Assembly (NCBI GenBank): GCA_023248495.1
Contig: JAHFEK010000001.1
Span: 49,195 to 113,194 of the forward strand
Length of the DNA: 64,000 bases
Source of the DNA: Nitrospinales bacterium
Lineage (GTDB): Bacteria > Nitrospinota_A > UBA7883 > JACRGQ01
Direction of reading: 5' to 3'
The notes below the pieces were generated by a model that saw nothing but the letters and a program-made list of their open reading frames with translations, did not search any database and was not told the DNA's origin. This document shows positions 12,441-22,369 of this stretch, piece after piece. A program made the translations under genes and the position numbers. Each line of letters starts with the position of its first letter. Positions within the stretch are counted from its first letter, which is position 1.

Positions 12441-13508
12441 CTACTTGATGCCGCGCTCGATGGCGCGGAGAATTTCCAAAGCGATAAAAATCCCGATCGC
12501 CAGCAGGATAAGGACGACCATCGAAGTTTCCTTGGGGAAGAAGGCGAGCACCCCTGCGGTGATGGCGAGATAGGAACTGAAGAGGTAGAGCATCATGTCG
12601 ATTTGCGTATCGGAAAGGCCGAGCCGCCGCAGCCGGTGATGAAGGTGGCCGCTGTCGCCCCGCATCGGATTTTGTCCGCGCAGGACGCGCCGGAAAAAAG
12701 CGAGCGCGGCATCCAGCAGCGGTATGGTCAAAATCACCATCGGCACCAGAAGCGTAAGCGTAACCGAGCCCTTGCGCCGCTCGATGACCGACACGGCCGC
12801 GAGCGCGAATCCGAGGAAGAGGGAGCCGGTGTCCCCCAAGAAAAGTTTGGCGGGCGGGAGGTTCATTCTGATGAAACCGAATAAGCATCCCGTCAGCAGG
12901 ACGGCGAACGAGGCAAGCGTGTTCTCGGCGAAAATGTGGGAGATGGCGAAGAGGGTGATGGCCGAAATCAGGGCGATGCCCGCCGCGAGGCCGTCGATGC
13001 CGTCGATGAGATTCATGGCGTTGGTTATGGCGAGAATCCACAGGATGAGGGGCACGGCTCCCCATGCGCCGACGGCGATTGCGCTGTGGAACGGATTGGT
13101 GATGAAGCCGAGCGATTGTCCCCCGGCCATGAAGACCAACGCGGCCAGCGTCTGTACGGCGATTTTCAGCGCGGGCGACGCTCCTTTGCGGTCGTCGTAA
13201 AGGCCCAGCGCCGCGATAATCGAAAGAGCCGCGAAAAGAAATCCCAGTTGCCGCCGCTCCGCGTTGAAGGCGAGCGGGTTGAAAATGACCGCCGCTCCCA
13301 GTACGGCGAGGAAGGGAACAATAATGGCGATCCCTCCGGCGGTGAGCCGCCGTTGCGGCAGCGATTTTTGGTCGAAGAAGCCGTAGCGCTCCAGAAAAGC
13401 GGGGAGACGCCTCGCCAGAAATGACGCGCCTAAAATGCCCGCGCCAAACAGCAGGACGTAGGAAAGCCAGAACATCATTTGAAGCTGTTCCACCGGGAGG
13501 ATGTTCAT
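12441..13508 (-). CDS. Glycosyltransferase family 4 polyprenyl-phosphate sugar-1-phosphate transferase (WecA/MraY family)
   Basis: It is polytopic and carries 'YDDRKG', 'NAMNLIDGIDGLAAG' and 'FLGDTGSLFLGF'. It overlaps the upstream GT2 gene by 4 nt. Confidence 0.85.
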   Translation of the reverse strand: MNILPVEQLQMMFWLSYVLLFGAGILGASFLARRLPAFLERYGFFDQKSLPQRRLTAGGIAIIVPFLAVLGAAVIFNPLAFNAERRQLGFLFAALSIIAALGLYDDRKGASPALKIAVQTLAALVFMAGGQSLGFITNPFHSAIAVGAWGAVPLILWILAITNAMNLIDGIDGLAAGIALISAITLFAISHIFAENTLASFAVLLTGCLFGFIRMNLPPAKLFLGDTGSLFLGFALAAVSVIERRKGSVTLTLLVPMVILTIPLLDAALAFFRRVLRGQNPMRGDSGHLHHRLRRLGLSDTQIDMMLYLFSSYLAITAGVLAFFPKETSMVVLILLAIGIFIALEILRAIERGIK

Positions 13509-14440
13509 AACCGCCTCATCGCCTCAGTGGCTTTGCCGGAGCGGATGGCGGCGAACTCGCGCAGATGCGCGCTCAAGTGCCGGTTTCCGTTCAGCAACGA
13601 GACAAGGATGTAGCGCAGCGCGATGGGCCAGTAGACCAGCGTCGAAAGTGCGCCGTCCTTTCGGTAGAGCACCAGATGCGAGCGGGTCATGTGGTAGTGG
13701 TAAAAGGCGGCCCGCCGGGGCATTTTGGCCACGCAGCGGCCGTTGTGGTGGCGTATCCGCATGAGCGGCGCGTAGAGCGTCTCGTACCCCGCGGCGCGGA
13801 TGTTCCGGCAGAGGTCGACATCTTCAACATACATAAAGTACTCTTCGCAAAAATGGCCCGCTTTCTTGAGGGCTTCCCGGCGGGCCAGCATGAAACTGCC
13901 CGATACGGCGTCCACCGGCATCACGGCATCTTCCGGTTCGCCGCCGTAAAAATACCGGGCTATGCGGGGGTGGCGGGGGAAGAGATGAATGAGGCCGCTG
14001 GCCTTGTAAAAGGCGGAAATCGGGTCGGGATAACCGCGCCGGCATTGGCGCATGAAGGTGCCGTCGGGGTTTTCCACGCGGCAGCCGATGAGGCCCGCCG
14101 ACGGACGCGCCGCCATGAAGGCGATAAGTTTTTCGAGGCCCGGCTCGATGAACTCCATGTCGGGATTAAGCATCAGCACATATTCCCCCCGCGCCACCGC
14201 CAGCGCCCGGTTGTTCCCCGCGCCGAATCCCAGGTTCTCGCCGTTTTCGATCACCCGCACGGCGGGGAATTCCGCTTTTAGCATCGCCACCGAGCCATCG
14301 GTGGATGCGTTATCCGAAACGATGATCTCCATGTTCGCCGTTTTTTCATAACGGAAAAGACTTTCAAGGCAAACACGGAGCGGTTCGCGGCCGTTCCAGT
14401 TAACGATCACCGCGGAGAGGATGGGGGTTGCAGTATTCAT
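13505..14440 (-). CDS. Glycosyltransferase family 2
   Basis: It carries the GT2 signature 'LSAVIVNWNGREPL...IIVSDNASTDGS...NLGFGAGNN' and 'VEDVDLC'. Confidence 0.85.
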   Translation of the reverse strand: MNTATPILSAVIVNWNGREPLRVCLESLFRYEKTANMEIIVSDNASTDGSVAMLKAEFPAVRVIENGENLGFGAGNNRALAVARGEYVLMLNPDMEFIEPGLEKLIAFMAARPSAGLIGCRVENPDGTFMRQCRRGYPDPISAFYKASGLIHLFPRHPRIARYFYGGEPEDAVMPVDAVSGSFMLARREALKKAGHFCEEYFMYVEDVDLCRNIRAAGYETLYAPLMRIRHHNGRCVAKMPRRAAFYHYHMTRSHLVLYRKDGALSTLVYWPIALRYILVSLLNGNRHLSAHLREFAAIRSGKATEAMRRL

Positions 14441-14720
14441 GTGAAAAACATTCTATCGCATTTTACCGGGATAATTTATCGCCGTGAATCATTTGCCGGC
14501 GAGAGCTTGCATGTCTGGCGCTCCGCGCCGGCGACAGGGGTGCGCATCCTGTTTTGAATGCTTTCTGAAAAAATGCGCGGCGGCGGTAATAAAGCTATTT
14601 TTATTCTGATCCCCTTTAGACAGCCATAGCTGTTCTTTAAGGTGTTGTTATGCCGCAAGCTGCATACTCTTTGTACTCAAGTGCAGTGATAATAAATATA
14701 AAAATACCCCTTTCGGGTAA

Positions 14721-14748
14721 TTGACACACGGCATAACAGGTATATGGT
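14721..14748 (+). promoter_or_regulatory. Candidate sigma70-type promoter for the first hybrid kinase
   Basis: TTGACA (14721-14726), a 16-nt spacer and TATGGT (14743-14748) lie about 35 nt upstream of the GGAGG-preceded ATG at 14784. Confidence 0.4.
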
Positions 14749-14783
14749 AACAGCAGGCGGTGTTTTTTTCTGAGGAGGAAAAA

Positions 14784-16751
14784 ATGGCTCTCCATACGGA
14801 AATGATCAATGGTGAAATTGAGCATGTTGGTGAAGATGCGTTGCGCCTGCTGATTGCCTCCCTTCCCGCTTACTTCTACAGCGTTCATTTTCAGGATGGG
14901 GTTGCCGTCGATACGATGCATAGCCACCAGTGCGAAAAAGTCACCGGCTACAAATCAGCGGAGTATGCGCGCGATTCCGGCCTTTGGCTCACGATGGTTC
15001 ATCCGGCGGATCAAAGCGCCGTACGCGAATTTTTTTCCACATTCGCAAAAGTGAGACCGTCCGGCAAAAGCGCCGGTTTCCACCCCTGCGATTTAAGCGG
15101 TAAACGCAGCCCGATTTGTGCCTGCACCGACCATTATTATGCGCTGGAACACCGCATCATCCACAAAAAGGGGATGGAGCGCTGGATTGAAAACCGCTTT
15201 GTCCCCGCGTATGACGGCCAAGGGAATTTGTTGAGGCTTGACGGTCTTGTGACCAATATCACGGAGCGGAAGGCGACGGAAGGGAAGTTGCGCAAAAGCG
15301 AGGCTATGTATAGTTCCTTGGCTAAAGTTTCACCCGTGGGGATTTTCCGGACCGATACCAAGGGAAACTGTATTTATGTAAATAGCCGTTGGATTCAGGT
15401 TGCCGGAATACCGCTGGAGGATGCTTTAGGCACCGGTTGGGCGCGAACGATTCATCCCGCTGACCGCGACCGCGTGTTTGAAACGTGGAACGCCGCAACG
15501 CGTGCGCCAAAACCGTTCAAAATGGAATACCGGTTAATGCGCCCGGACGGGGCCGTTAGCTGGGTGGTGGGTCAGGCGGAAGCCGAGCGGGATGAAGCCG
15601 GCGAGGTGGTTGCCTATGTAGGCACAATAACCGACATTACCGATATCAAAGAGGCGGAGGAAAAGCTGTTCGTGGCAAAGGAGAGGGCCGAGGCCGCCAC
15701 GCTGATGAAAGATAAATTCATCTCGCTTGTGTCCCACGATATTCGCGCGCCCTTATCCACCATCATCATGTTTCAGAAGGTTACCATGTCGGTGCATATG
15801 GATGCCCAATGCGATGAATGCAAAACGGTGCTGGGAAAGTCGGTGGCTACCTGTGAAGGAATACTGGCAATGGCGGACAACCTGCTGGAGTCGGCCCGGC
15901 TGCATGGCGCCAATATGGCGCTGAACAGGAAGATGTGCAATGTGAAGGATATCTGCTATGCGGCGGTCGGCGATTTGGTGCACCTGGCGTCGAAAAAAGG
16001 GATCGTCTTGAAGATCGACGTCCCGGAAGACGCCAGGCTTTACGTGGATCGCGCTCTCTTTACGCGGGTTGTTCATAACCTCGCGGTGAACGCGGTAAAG
16101 TTCAGCCATCAAAACGGCGTCGTTTCCATATCGTTGTCAACTGACAGGGAAAACAGCATTTTGGCGGTGCGGGATACGGGAGTCGGTATTGACGAGGAGT
16201 TTATTTCCGATCTCTTCAAGTATGAAGTTAAGACCACCTCCACGGGAACTTTCGGCGAGCAGGGAACCGGGCTTGGGCTGCCGATCAGCATGGACATCAT
16301 GAAGGCGCACGGCGGCACGATTTCGGTAACCACCGAGAAGGGGAGAGGCACGGCGTTTTTTGCCGAGGTGCCGAATATAAAGCCGGTGGCGCTGATTGCG
16401 GATGATGATGAAGTGTTGGTGTTCACGATACGCCAATATCTTCAAAGCATGGGCATGGAGGTGGTGGCCGTCGAAAACGGCGCCGAGGCGCTGGAAATTA
16501 TTCATGACAAAAAACCCGTCCTTCTCATCGCCGACATAAAAATGCCGGTAATGGACGGATTGACGTTGCTTAAAACCCTGAAAAGCAACGGGCAGTATTC
16601 GCGTATCCCGGTGCTTATCATGACAGGAAACTACGCGGACGATATCGAGATGCGCCAGAAAGCCTTTGAGCTTGGCGCCGGCGATTTCATTATCAAGCCG
16701 CTCTCCAAAGCCGATTTCATGCCGCGTATTAACAGGTTTATCGCAGGATAG
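14784..16751 (+). CDS. PAS-domain hybrid sensor histidine kinase (PAS-PAS-HisKA-HATPase-REC)
   Basis: It has the H-box 'LVSHDIRAPLSTI', G-boxes 'DTGVGI...GTGLGLPIS', and a receiver 'ALIADDDE...LLIADIKMPVMDG...IIKPL'. The start is taken at ATG 14784, which follows a GAGGAGG RBS. Confidence 0.85.
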   Translation: MALHTEMINGEIEHVGEDALRLLIASLPAYFYSVHFQDGVAVDTMHSHQCEKVTGYKSAEYARDSGLWLTMVHPADQSAVREFFSTFAKVRPSGKSAGFHPCDLSGKRSPICACTDHYYALEHRIIHKKGMERWIENRFVPAYDGQGNLLRLDGLVTNITERKATEGKLRKSEAMYSSLAKVSPVGIFRTDTKGNCIYVNSRWIQVAGIPLEDALGTGWARTIHPADRDRVFETWNAATRAPKPFKMEYRLMRPDGAVSWVVGQAEAERDEAGEVVAYVGTITDITDIKEAEEKLFVAKERAEAATLMKDKFISLVSHDIRAPLSTIIMFQKVTMSVHMDAQCDECKTVLGKSVATCEGILAMADNLLESARLHGANMALNRKMCNVKDICYAAVGDLVHLASKKGIVLKIDVPEDARLYVDRALFTRVVHNLAVNAVKFSHQNGVVSISLSTDRENSILAVRDTGVGIDEEFISDLFKYEVKTTSTGTFGEQGTGLGLPISMDIMKAHGGTISVTTEKGRGTAFFAEVPNIKPVALIADDDEVLVFTIRQYLQSMGMEVVAVENGAEALEIIHDKKPVLLIADIKMPVMDGLTLLKTLKSNGQYSRIPVLIMTGNYADDIEMRQKAFELGAGDFIIKPLSKADFMPRINRFIAG

Positions 16752-16783
16752 GGCGGTCGAGGAACTGATGATGCCTTGTGAAG

Positions 16784-18529
16784 TTACCCGATGAATCTTC
16801 TGACGCGGGGGATGAAATCATCCGTGTTGATGTCCTTTGTGGCGAAATCATCCGCGCCCAATTTGAAGACCTCATCCCGGATTTCCATGCCGTATTCGCC
16901 GCTGACCACGATTACCGGTATATCCTTCGTGTAGGGCATTCCCTTCAAGGATTTTAGAAGGTTAAGTCCATCCATGACCGGCATTTTGATGTCGGTGATG
17001 ATCAGATGCGGGCGCGTGGCCGCTATCATGGTCAGCGCCTCTTCGCCATTTTCCGCTTCGATGATGTCGGCTTTCATCACTTTCAGGTTCAGTATTTGCA
17101 GGTACCGGAAATTCTTGTCGTCGTCCACCAGGAGAATTTTGGGGGTGACGTGGGGCAGCTTCAGGCTGAAGAGGCACCCTTTGCCGGGCGGGCAGTCCAT
17201 GCCCAATTCGCCTCCATGCAGTTCCACGATGTCTTTGACCAGCGGCAGGCCGAAACCGGTGCCTGTTTCACCCGCGGTTCCCCGCGTTGAAGTTTTTCTT
17301 TCGTAATCAAATAGATGTTTCAATAAACCGGGTTGAATGCCCGGGCCGGTATCGCGGACGCAGATGGTTGATGGTTCTTCATCGGCGAGGGCGATGGTTA
17401 TGCGGTCGCCGTCTTTGCAAAATTTTATGGCGTTGGTGACAAGGTTCTGGACCGCCTCGGTCAACAGCGTTTTATCGCCGTAGATGCGGCTGTTGTCCGG
17501 TATCGTGTTTTCCACCTCTATTCCCTTTTGGTTGGCGAGATGGGTGTAATGGGCGAGCATCTTTATGCCCAGATATTTTGCGTCAAAAAACTGCTTGTTG
17601 AGTTCCAACTGGCCTGTTTTAAATCTGCTGATGGTTAACAGGTCGTCAATGAGGCTGATCATCTGTTTGCCGGATTCGATACTCCTGTCTAAAATCAGTT
17701 TTGCGCCTTCGTTAAGCGGCTCGGTGTTGTCGTGGCGCACCAGTTTTAAAAACCCGATCATCGAGGTCAGCGGCGTTTTCAAATCGTGCGACACCAGCGA
17801 GACGAATTTGTCCTTGAGGCGGGTGGCTTCCTCCGCCTTTTCCTTCGCCACAAGCAACGACTGTTCGGCTTGCTTCCGTTCGGTCATGTCCTGGATAATG
17901 GCGACGACATACCGCAGCGTTCCATTCTCCAAACGCACCGATGAAACGGAGAGATCGCCCCAGACGATTTTGCCGTTTTTATGGAGGTATCTCTTTTCAA
18001 GATGGAAAAAATCAATTTCCCCGGCGCGCAGTTTATTCGACAGTCTTAAGTTGGCCTCCACATCGCCGGGGTGCGTAATCGCCTTGAAGTCGTGCGCCAG
18101 CAGTTCCCTTTCGGAATAGCCGATCATGTCGCAAAAGGCCCGGTTGACCTTCATGTATCTGTAATCGGAGCCCAGCACATTAACGCCCACCTTTGAATAA
18201 TCGAAGATGCCCCTGAACTGCTCTTCGCTCTCGCGCAAAGCCTCCTCGGCCTTTTTGTGTTCCTCAATATGGATTACGAGGGGACGATAAATAAAAAAAT
18301 ACAGCGCCGGCGTGACCAGCAGGGAAAGGGTGGCGGCATCCAGCACCGCCTCTTGAAATGGCGATAGAGAAAGAATATTATGCAGGAAAAGCATGTATCC
18401 TATTTCAACGGAAAAAATCGAGGCGGCGACCAGGAGCAAGAGCCTGAGGGGCGAAGGGTAAACGGTATCCGTGGATGCCGCGGTGCGCGTGATTTCCGCT
18501 GATTGCCGAGTGTCGTTTTTCTCCCCCAT
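16784..18529 (-). CDS. Membrane-anchored PAS hybrid sensor histidine kinase
   Basis: Two N-terminal TM helices and a PAS domain precede 'LVSHDLKTPLTSM', 'DTGPGI...GTGFGLPLV' and the receiver 'ILLVDDD...IITDIKMPVMDG'. Confidence 0.85.
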   Translation of the reverse strand: MGEKNDTRQSAEITRTAASTDTVYPSPLRLLLLVAASIFSVEIGYMLFLHNILSLSPFQEAVLDAATLSLLVTPALYFFIYRPLVIHIEEHKKAEEALRESEEQFRGIFDYSKVGVNVLGSDYRYMKVNRAFCDMIGYSERELLAHDFKAITHPGDVEANLRLSNKLRAGEIDFFHLEKRYLHKNGKIVWGDLSVSSVRLENGTLRYVVAIIQDMTERKQAEQSLLVAKEKAEEATRLKDKFVSLVSHDLKTPLTSMIGFLKLVRHDNTEPLNEGAKLILDRSIESGKQMISLIDDLLTISRFKTGQLELNKQFFDAKYLGIKMLAHYTHLANQKGIEVENTIPDNSRIYGDKTLLTEAVQNLVTNAIKFCKDGDRITIALADEEPSTICVRDTGPGIQPGLLKHLFDYERKTSTRGTAGETGTGFGLPLVKDIVELHGGELGMDCPPGKGCLFSLKLPHVTPKILLVDDDKNFRYLQILNLKVMKADIIEAENGEEALTMIAATRPHLIITDIKMPVMDGLNLLKSLKGMPYTKDIPVIVVSGEYGMEIRDEVFKLGADDFATKDINTDDFIPRVRRFIG

Positions 18530-18734
18530 GTCTGCATTTTACCCCATCTCTTCCTGAAGAAGGGAGGCTGTGAGGGATTTTTCCACAAAGTCACCTATCC
18601 CTTGGCGGAGTCACTCGAAGAGGACTCCGCCATATAATGCCTAAAACGGCGGAGTACCTAATGGCGGCGGCAATCTGAAGTTCCGGAAAGGGATGCTTCG
18701 CCGCGCCTGGAATGGCCGGAGCGGCGAGGCGCGG

Positions 18735-21700
18735 TCAGGCGGAGATGAATCGGCCGATGCGCGGTATGAAATCGGGTTCCGATAGGGGTTTCGTGATGAA
18801 ATCGTCGGCGTGGCATTCAAATGCCGTTTGGCGAATGCCAACACTGCGGTTTCCCGTGATGATGATTACGGGGATGTGGGAGTATTTCTTGTTGTTTTTC
18901 AGGTTTTGAAGGAGGGCGAGACCGTCTATCACCGGCATTGCGAGGTCGGCGATCACGAGAATCGGCTTTTTGCCATGAATGATCTCCATGGCTTCGGCGC
19001 CGTTTTTGGCCGTTAATACTTCAGCCCCCATATTCTGAAGAAAGGCACGGAGAATGTTTACGGCGTCTTCGTCGTCGTCCGCCACCAGAACGCTCGGTTT
19101 CACATCCGGCAGTTCGATGAAAAAAACGGATCCTTTGCCCACTTCGGATGTCGCCCAGATCGTTCCGCCATGCGCTTTTATTATGTCCATGCTCATCGGA
19201 AGTCCAAAGCCGGTTCCCCGTTCCCCGGATGTTCCCGTCGTGGTGGTTTTAATTTCATACTTGAAGAGGTCGGGCAGGAGGGATTCATGGATGCCGGTTC
19301 CCGTGTCTTCCACCGCGAGAATTTTATTTTGTTCATCCCGAAGGAACGTGGTGATTACGCCGCCATTCTCGGAGAATTTTATTGCGTTAACCACAAGGTT
19401 GTGGATTACCCTTTGGAAAAGAATTTTATCCAGGTACCATCTGGCGTTGCCCGGCACCCTGTTGTTGAGCGTGATGCCTTTTTTTTCAGCCAAATGGGAT
19501 AAATCGCCCATGACGGCGTCGCAGATGTTTTTTATGCCGCACATTCTTTTGGTTAACCGTATGTCACCGGATTGAAGTTTGGCCGCATCAAGCAGGTTGA
19601 CCGTCATTTCCATCATTGTTTCGCACATGATGTTCACTTTGCCGATCATCTCCCCGGATTCCTGGTACTTGGCGGTTTTGAGGTTCGCTAAGGCGACATT
19701 CAACATCATGCTGATAGTCGCCAGCGGCGACCGAAGGTCGTGCGCCACCAGCGAAACAAATTTATCTTTCAGCAGCGTGGCCGCCACCGCCGCTTCTTTG
19801 GCCGCTTCCAGTTCTTCCTCCGACGCTTTGCGTTCCAGCTCGTTGGCGGCGCGGACGGCGAAAATGTTCAACACGGCGATATGCCGGCTGGCGTCGAATA
19901 TCGGCTTGTCGTCCATGATGCCCATGTGCCCAAGGCATTTACCGGCGGCATTATGCAACGGTATGGCCATGTAGCTTTTTATGCCGCGATCTTTTAGCCA
20001 TACATCCTTGGGGAAGAGGCCGGCTGCATTTTCCGGGTATACACAGAGTTCTTTTCCCACCACGTTTTCACAGGGCGTATGCCGAATGTCGTAGGAAAAG
20101 TTATCGCCGAATTTTCCATTGGCCCAGAAGGCGATGGTTCTGGCGGTGGTTTCATCATCCATTTCGGCGATGAAAGCAAACTTCACGTACATCGCCTGCG
20201 CCAAGTGTTGAACGAGGGAGCGGAAAAACCGTTCTCCGATTACCGATGATGTTCCCTCCACGATCGCTTTGAACACATACTCCGCTTCTTTACGCTCGGT
20301 AATATCCATGATGTGGCCAACGACCCCGGTGATCCCGACGTTTCTTCCTTTGCCGAACACCGGATACCCGGCGGTGCGGATCCACATCCGGTGCCCTTTT
20401 GCCGAAGTGAAAGGAAACTCCATGTCGTAGGGAACCCCTTCCTTCGCGCACTTGTGAAAGGCGGCGAGAATCACCGGCCTATCCGCCGGGTCGTAGCATT
20501 CCACGCTCCGCTCAATATGGCCGGCCGATCCGCGCGCAAAATCTTCGCGCGCAATGTCGTGGATGCGGTACACCTCGTCCGTCCAGATCATCGATTGCTT
20601 TTTCACGTCGTATTCCCACCCGCCGATGTGGGCCATCTGCTGGGCGGTGGTCATCAAAAGTTCATTTTTGCGCAGTGCCGTTTGTGCCTGCTCGATATCG
20701 GTAATGTCCCGGAGAATGGCTATGATCGCCGTCGGTTTTCCATCGGTGTTGACAACTTTTAGCTTGGCCAGCCGGGTGACGTAGTGTCCGTCTTTGTTCC
20801 GCACCCTGTATTTCGTGGAAACCGATCCTTTGCTCAACAGCGTCACCTTATTTTCCATCATCAAGGTGATGTCCTCCGGGTGTACCCGTTCCCACAGGGA
20901 TTCTGATTTTTTCCATTCTTCCTTGGTATATCCAAGGCTGATCCAGGACGCTTCGTTTTCATAGAGGATGTTGAAATCCATGTCCGAAAGGAAGATAACG
21001 TCGTCCGCGGTCTCGACGAGCGTGCGGAATCGTCCTTCGCTTTCCCGCAACGCCGCTTCAGTCCGCTTGAACGCGGTTACATCGGTGATGACGCCGATAA
21101 GGCCGCCGCAGCGGCCGTCGGCCTTATTGAAAACCGCTTTGTTAAACTGTACATTCCTGCGTTCGCCGGAAGAGGATTGCACTTGTGTCTCGTATGTCTG
21201 AACGCCGGGATTGTCGAACAGGGCCTTGTCGGCCGCATAATAGATATCGGCCAATTCCTTGGGCGCAATTTCGTAAACTGTTTTTCCGGCAATTTCCCCG
21301 CGCGGTTTGCCGAGATAGTGTTCGAACGCCTTGTTGCATCCGAGATAGCGGCCTTGACTGTCTTTATAAAACACCGGAATTGGAATGGTGTTGACGAGCT
21401 GCTCGATAAAGTTTAACTGCTCCTTCACTTCCTGCTCGGCCTTAAGGCGATCGCTGATGTCGCGGCCGGTGCCGGCGAAGCCGGTGATGGTTCCATCGGC
21501 GTCTTTTATGAGGTACCCGTTGAACAGATACGGAACGAAGGCCCCATCCGCCCTTTTGAAACGCGCTTCAACCGTGCTGTGCCCTTTTTCGAATAGCTCC
21601 TTTATGTTTTGGGCTACTAGCGGCCAATCCTCTTCGTATATGCATTGTAACGCCGGCTTAAACAAAAGCTCTTGCGGTGGGAGGCCGGTGAGTTTCTCCA

Positions 21701-22160
21701 TCGCCCTGTTCCACTTAACCAATTTTCCTTCGAGGTTGTACTTATAGAAAATATCGGAGTTGGAATCCACGAGGTCACGGAGTTCGCGTAATTCGAAGGA
21801 GAAACTTTCTTCCTTCTGTTTTTGGCTGGTGATGTCGCGGGCGATGGCATACAGCAATCCCTCTTCGGCCGCCGCATGGGCATTCCACGCCAGCCATCTG
21901 ATGGATCCGTCCTTGTGCAGGTACCGGTTTTCGAAATAGAGGGTTGGCGAACCCCGCAACTGCGTTTCCACTTCTTTTATGGTGGATTCACGGTCATCCG
22001 GGTGTATGAACCGGATGAAAGGGGTTTCCAGAAGCTCTCGTTCCGTGTAACCCAGAACTTTGGTGAACGCCGGATTTATTTTTTTGAAGTAGCCATCCGT
22101 GCCGGCGATGCATATGAGGTCAAGCGAGAGCAAAAATAACTTGTCGATATCGCCAGTCAT
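18735..22160 (-). CDS. Multi-PAS/GAF hybrid sensor histidine kinase
   Basis: Five or more PAS-like modules and a GAF-like region precede 'LVAHDLRSPLATI', 'DTGTGI...GTGFGLPMS' and the receiver 'VLVADDDED...LVIADLAMPVIDG...ITKPL'. Confidence 0.85.
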   Translation of the reverse strand: MTGDIDKLFLLSLDLICIAGTDGYFKKINPAFTKVLGYTERELLETPFIRFIHPDDRESTIKEVETQLRGSPTLYFENRYLHKDGSIRWLAWNAHAAAEEGLLYAIARDITSQKQKEESFSFELRELRDLVDSNSDIFYKYNLEGKLVKWNRAMEKLTGLPPQELLFKPALQCIYEEDWPLVAQNIKELFEKGHSTVEARFKRADGAFVPYLFNGYLIKDADGTITGFAGTGRDISDRLKAEQEVKEQLNFIEQLVNTIPIPVFYKDSQGRYLGCNKAFEHYLGKPRGEIAGKTVYEIAPKELADIYYAADKALFDNPGVQTYETQVQSSSGERRNVQFNKAVFNKADGRCGGLIGVITDVTAFKRTEAALRESEGRFRTLVETADDVIFLSDMDFNILYENEASWISLGYTKEEWKKSESLWERVHPEDITLMMENKVTLLSKGSVSTKYRVRNKDGHYVTRLAKLKVVNTDGKPTAIIAILRDITDIEQAQTALRKNELLMTTAQQMAHIGGWEYDVKKQSMIWTDEVYRIHDIAREDFARGSAGHIERSVECYDPADRPVILAAFHKCAKEGVPYDMEFPFTSAKGHRMWIRTAGYPVFGKGRNVGITGVVGHIMDITERKEAEYVFKAIVEGTSSVIGERFFRSLVQHLAQAMYVKFAFIAEMDDETTARTIAFWANGKFGDNFSYDIRHTPCENVVGKELCVYPENAAGLFPKDVWLKDRGIKSYMAIPLHNAAGKCLGHMGIMDDKPIFDASRHIAVLNIFAVRAANELERKASEEELEAAKEAAVAATLLKDKFVSLVAHDLRSPLATISMMLNVALANLKTAKYQESGEMIGKVNIMCETMMEMTVNLLDAAKLQSGDIRLTKRMCGIKNICDAVMGDLSHLAEKKGITLNNRVPGNARWYLDKILFQRVIHNLVVNAIKFSENGGVITTFLRDEQNKILAVEDTGTGIHESLLPDLFKYEIKTTTTGTSGERGTGFGLPMSMDIIKAHGGTIWATSEVGKGSVFFIELPDVKPSVLVADDDEDAVNILRAFLQNMGAEVLTAKNGAEAMEIIHGKKPILVIADLAMPVIDGLALLQNLKNNKKYSHIPVIIITGNRSVGIRQTAFECHADDFITKPLSEPDFIPRIGRFISA

Positions 22161-22300
22161 AGGTATTTATACGCCGCCGTTTAATGTGGACATATGGAAT
22201 CACATTACTCCTTGCATTTTCAAATTGAATTATATCACGACATTTAAATGCAGGTTTGCAAATCACGGCGGCGGAACGTGCTTCCCGCACCGGTTATTCC

Positions 22301-22332
22301 GGGTGCAACAAAGAATCTTTTTCCGGAAAGGG
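22301..22332. repeat. Dispersed repeat family B copy (GGGTGCAACAAAGAATCTTTTTCCGGAAAGGG)
   Basis: It is about 85% identical to 31363-31397 (GGGTGCAACGAGGAATAATCTTTTTCCAGAAAAGG). Both copies are intergenic. Confidence 0.6.
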
Positions 22333-22369
22333 GCCGATTCACTTTGCCCGCAAGGGGGATGGGGCGGAC

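Noticed and set aside
12309-13424. Plus-strand ORFs (191, 158 and 162 aa) and an alternative minus-frame ORF (12418-13065) overlapping the GT4 transferase gene.
   Set aside because: The 355-aa minus-strand frame carries the diagnostic 'NAMNLIDGIDGLAAG' and polytopic membrane pattern. The others are Arg/Gly/His-rich shadow frames.
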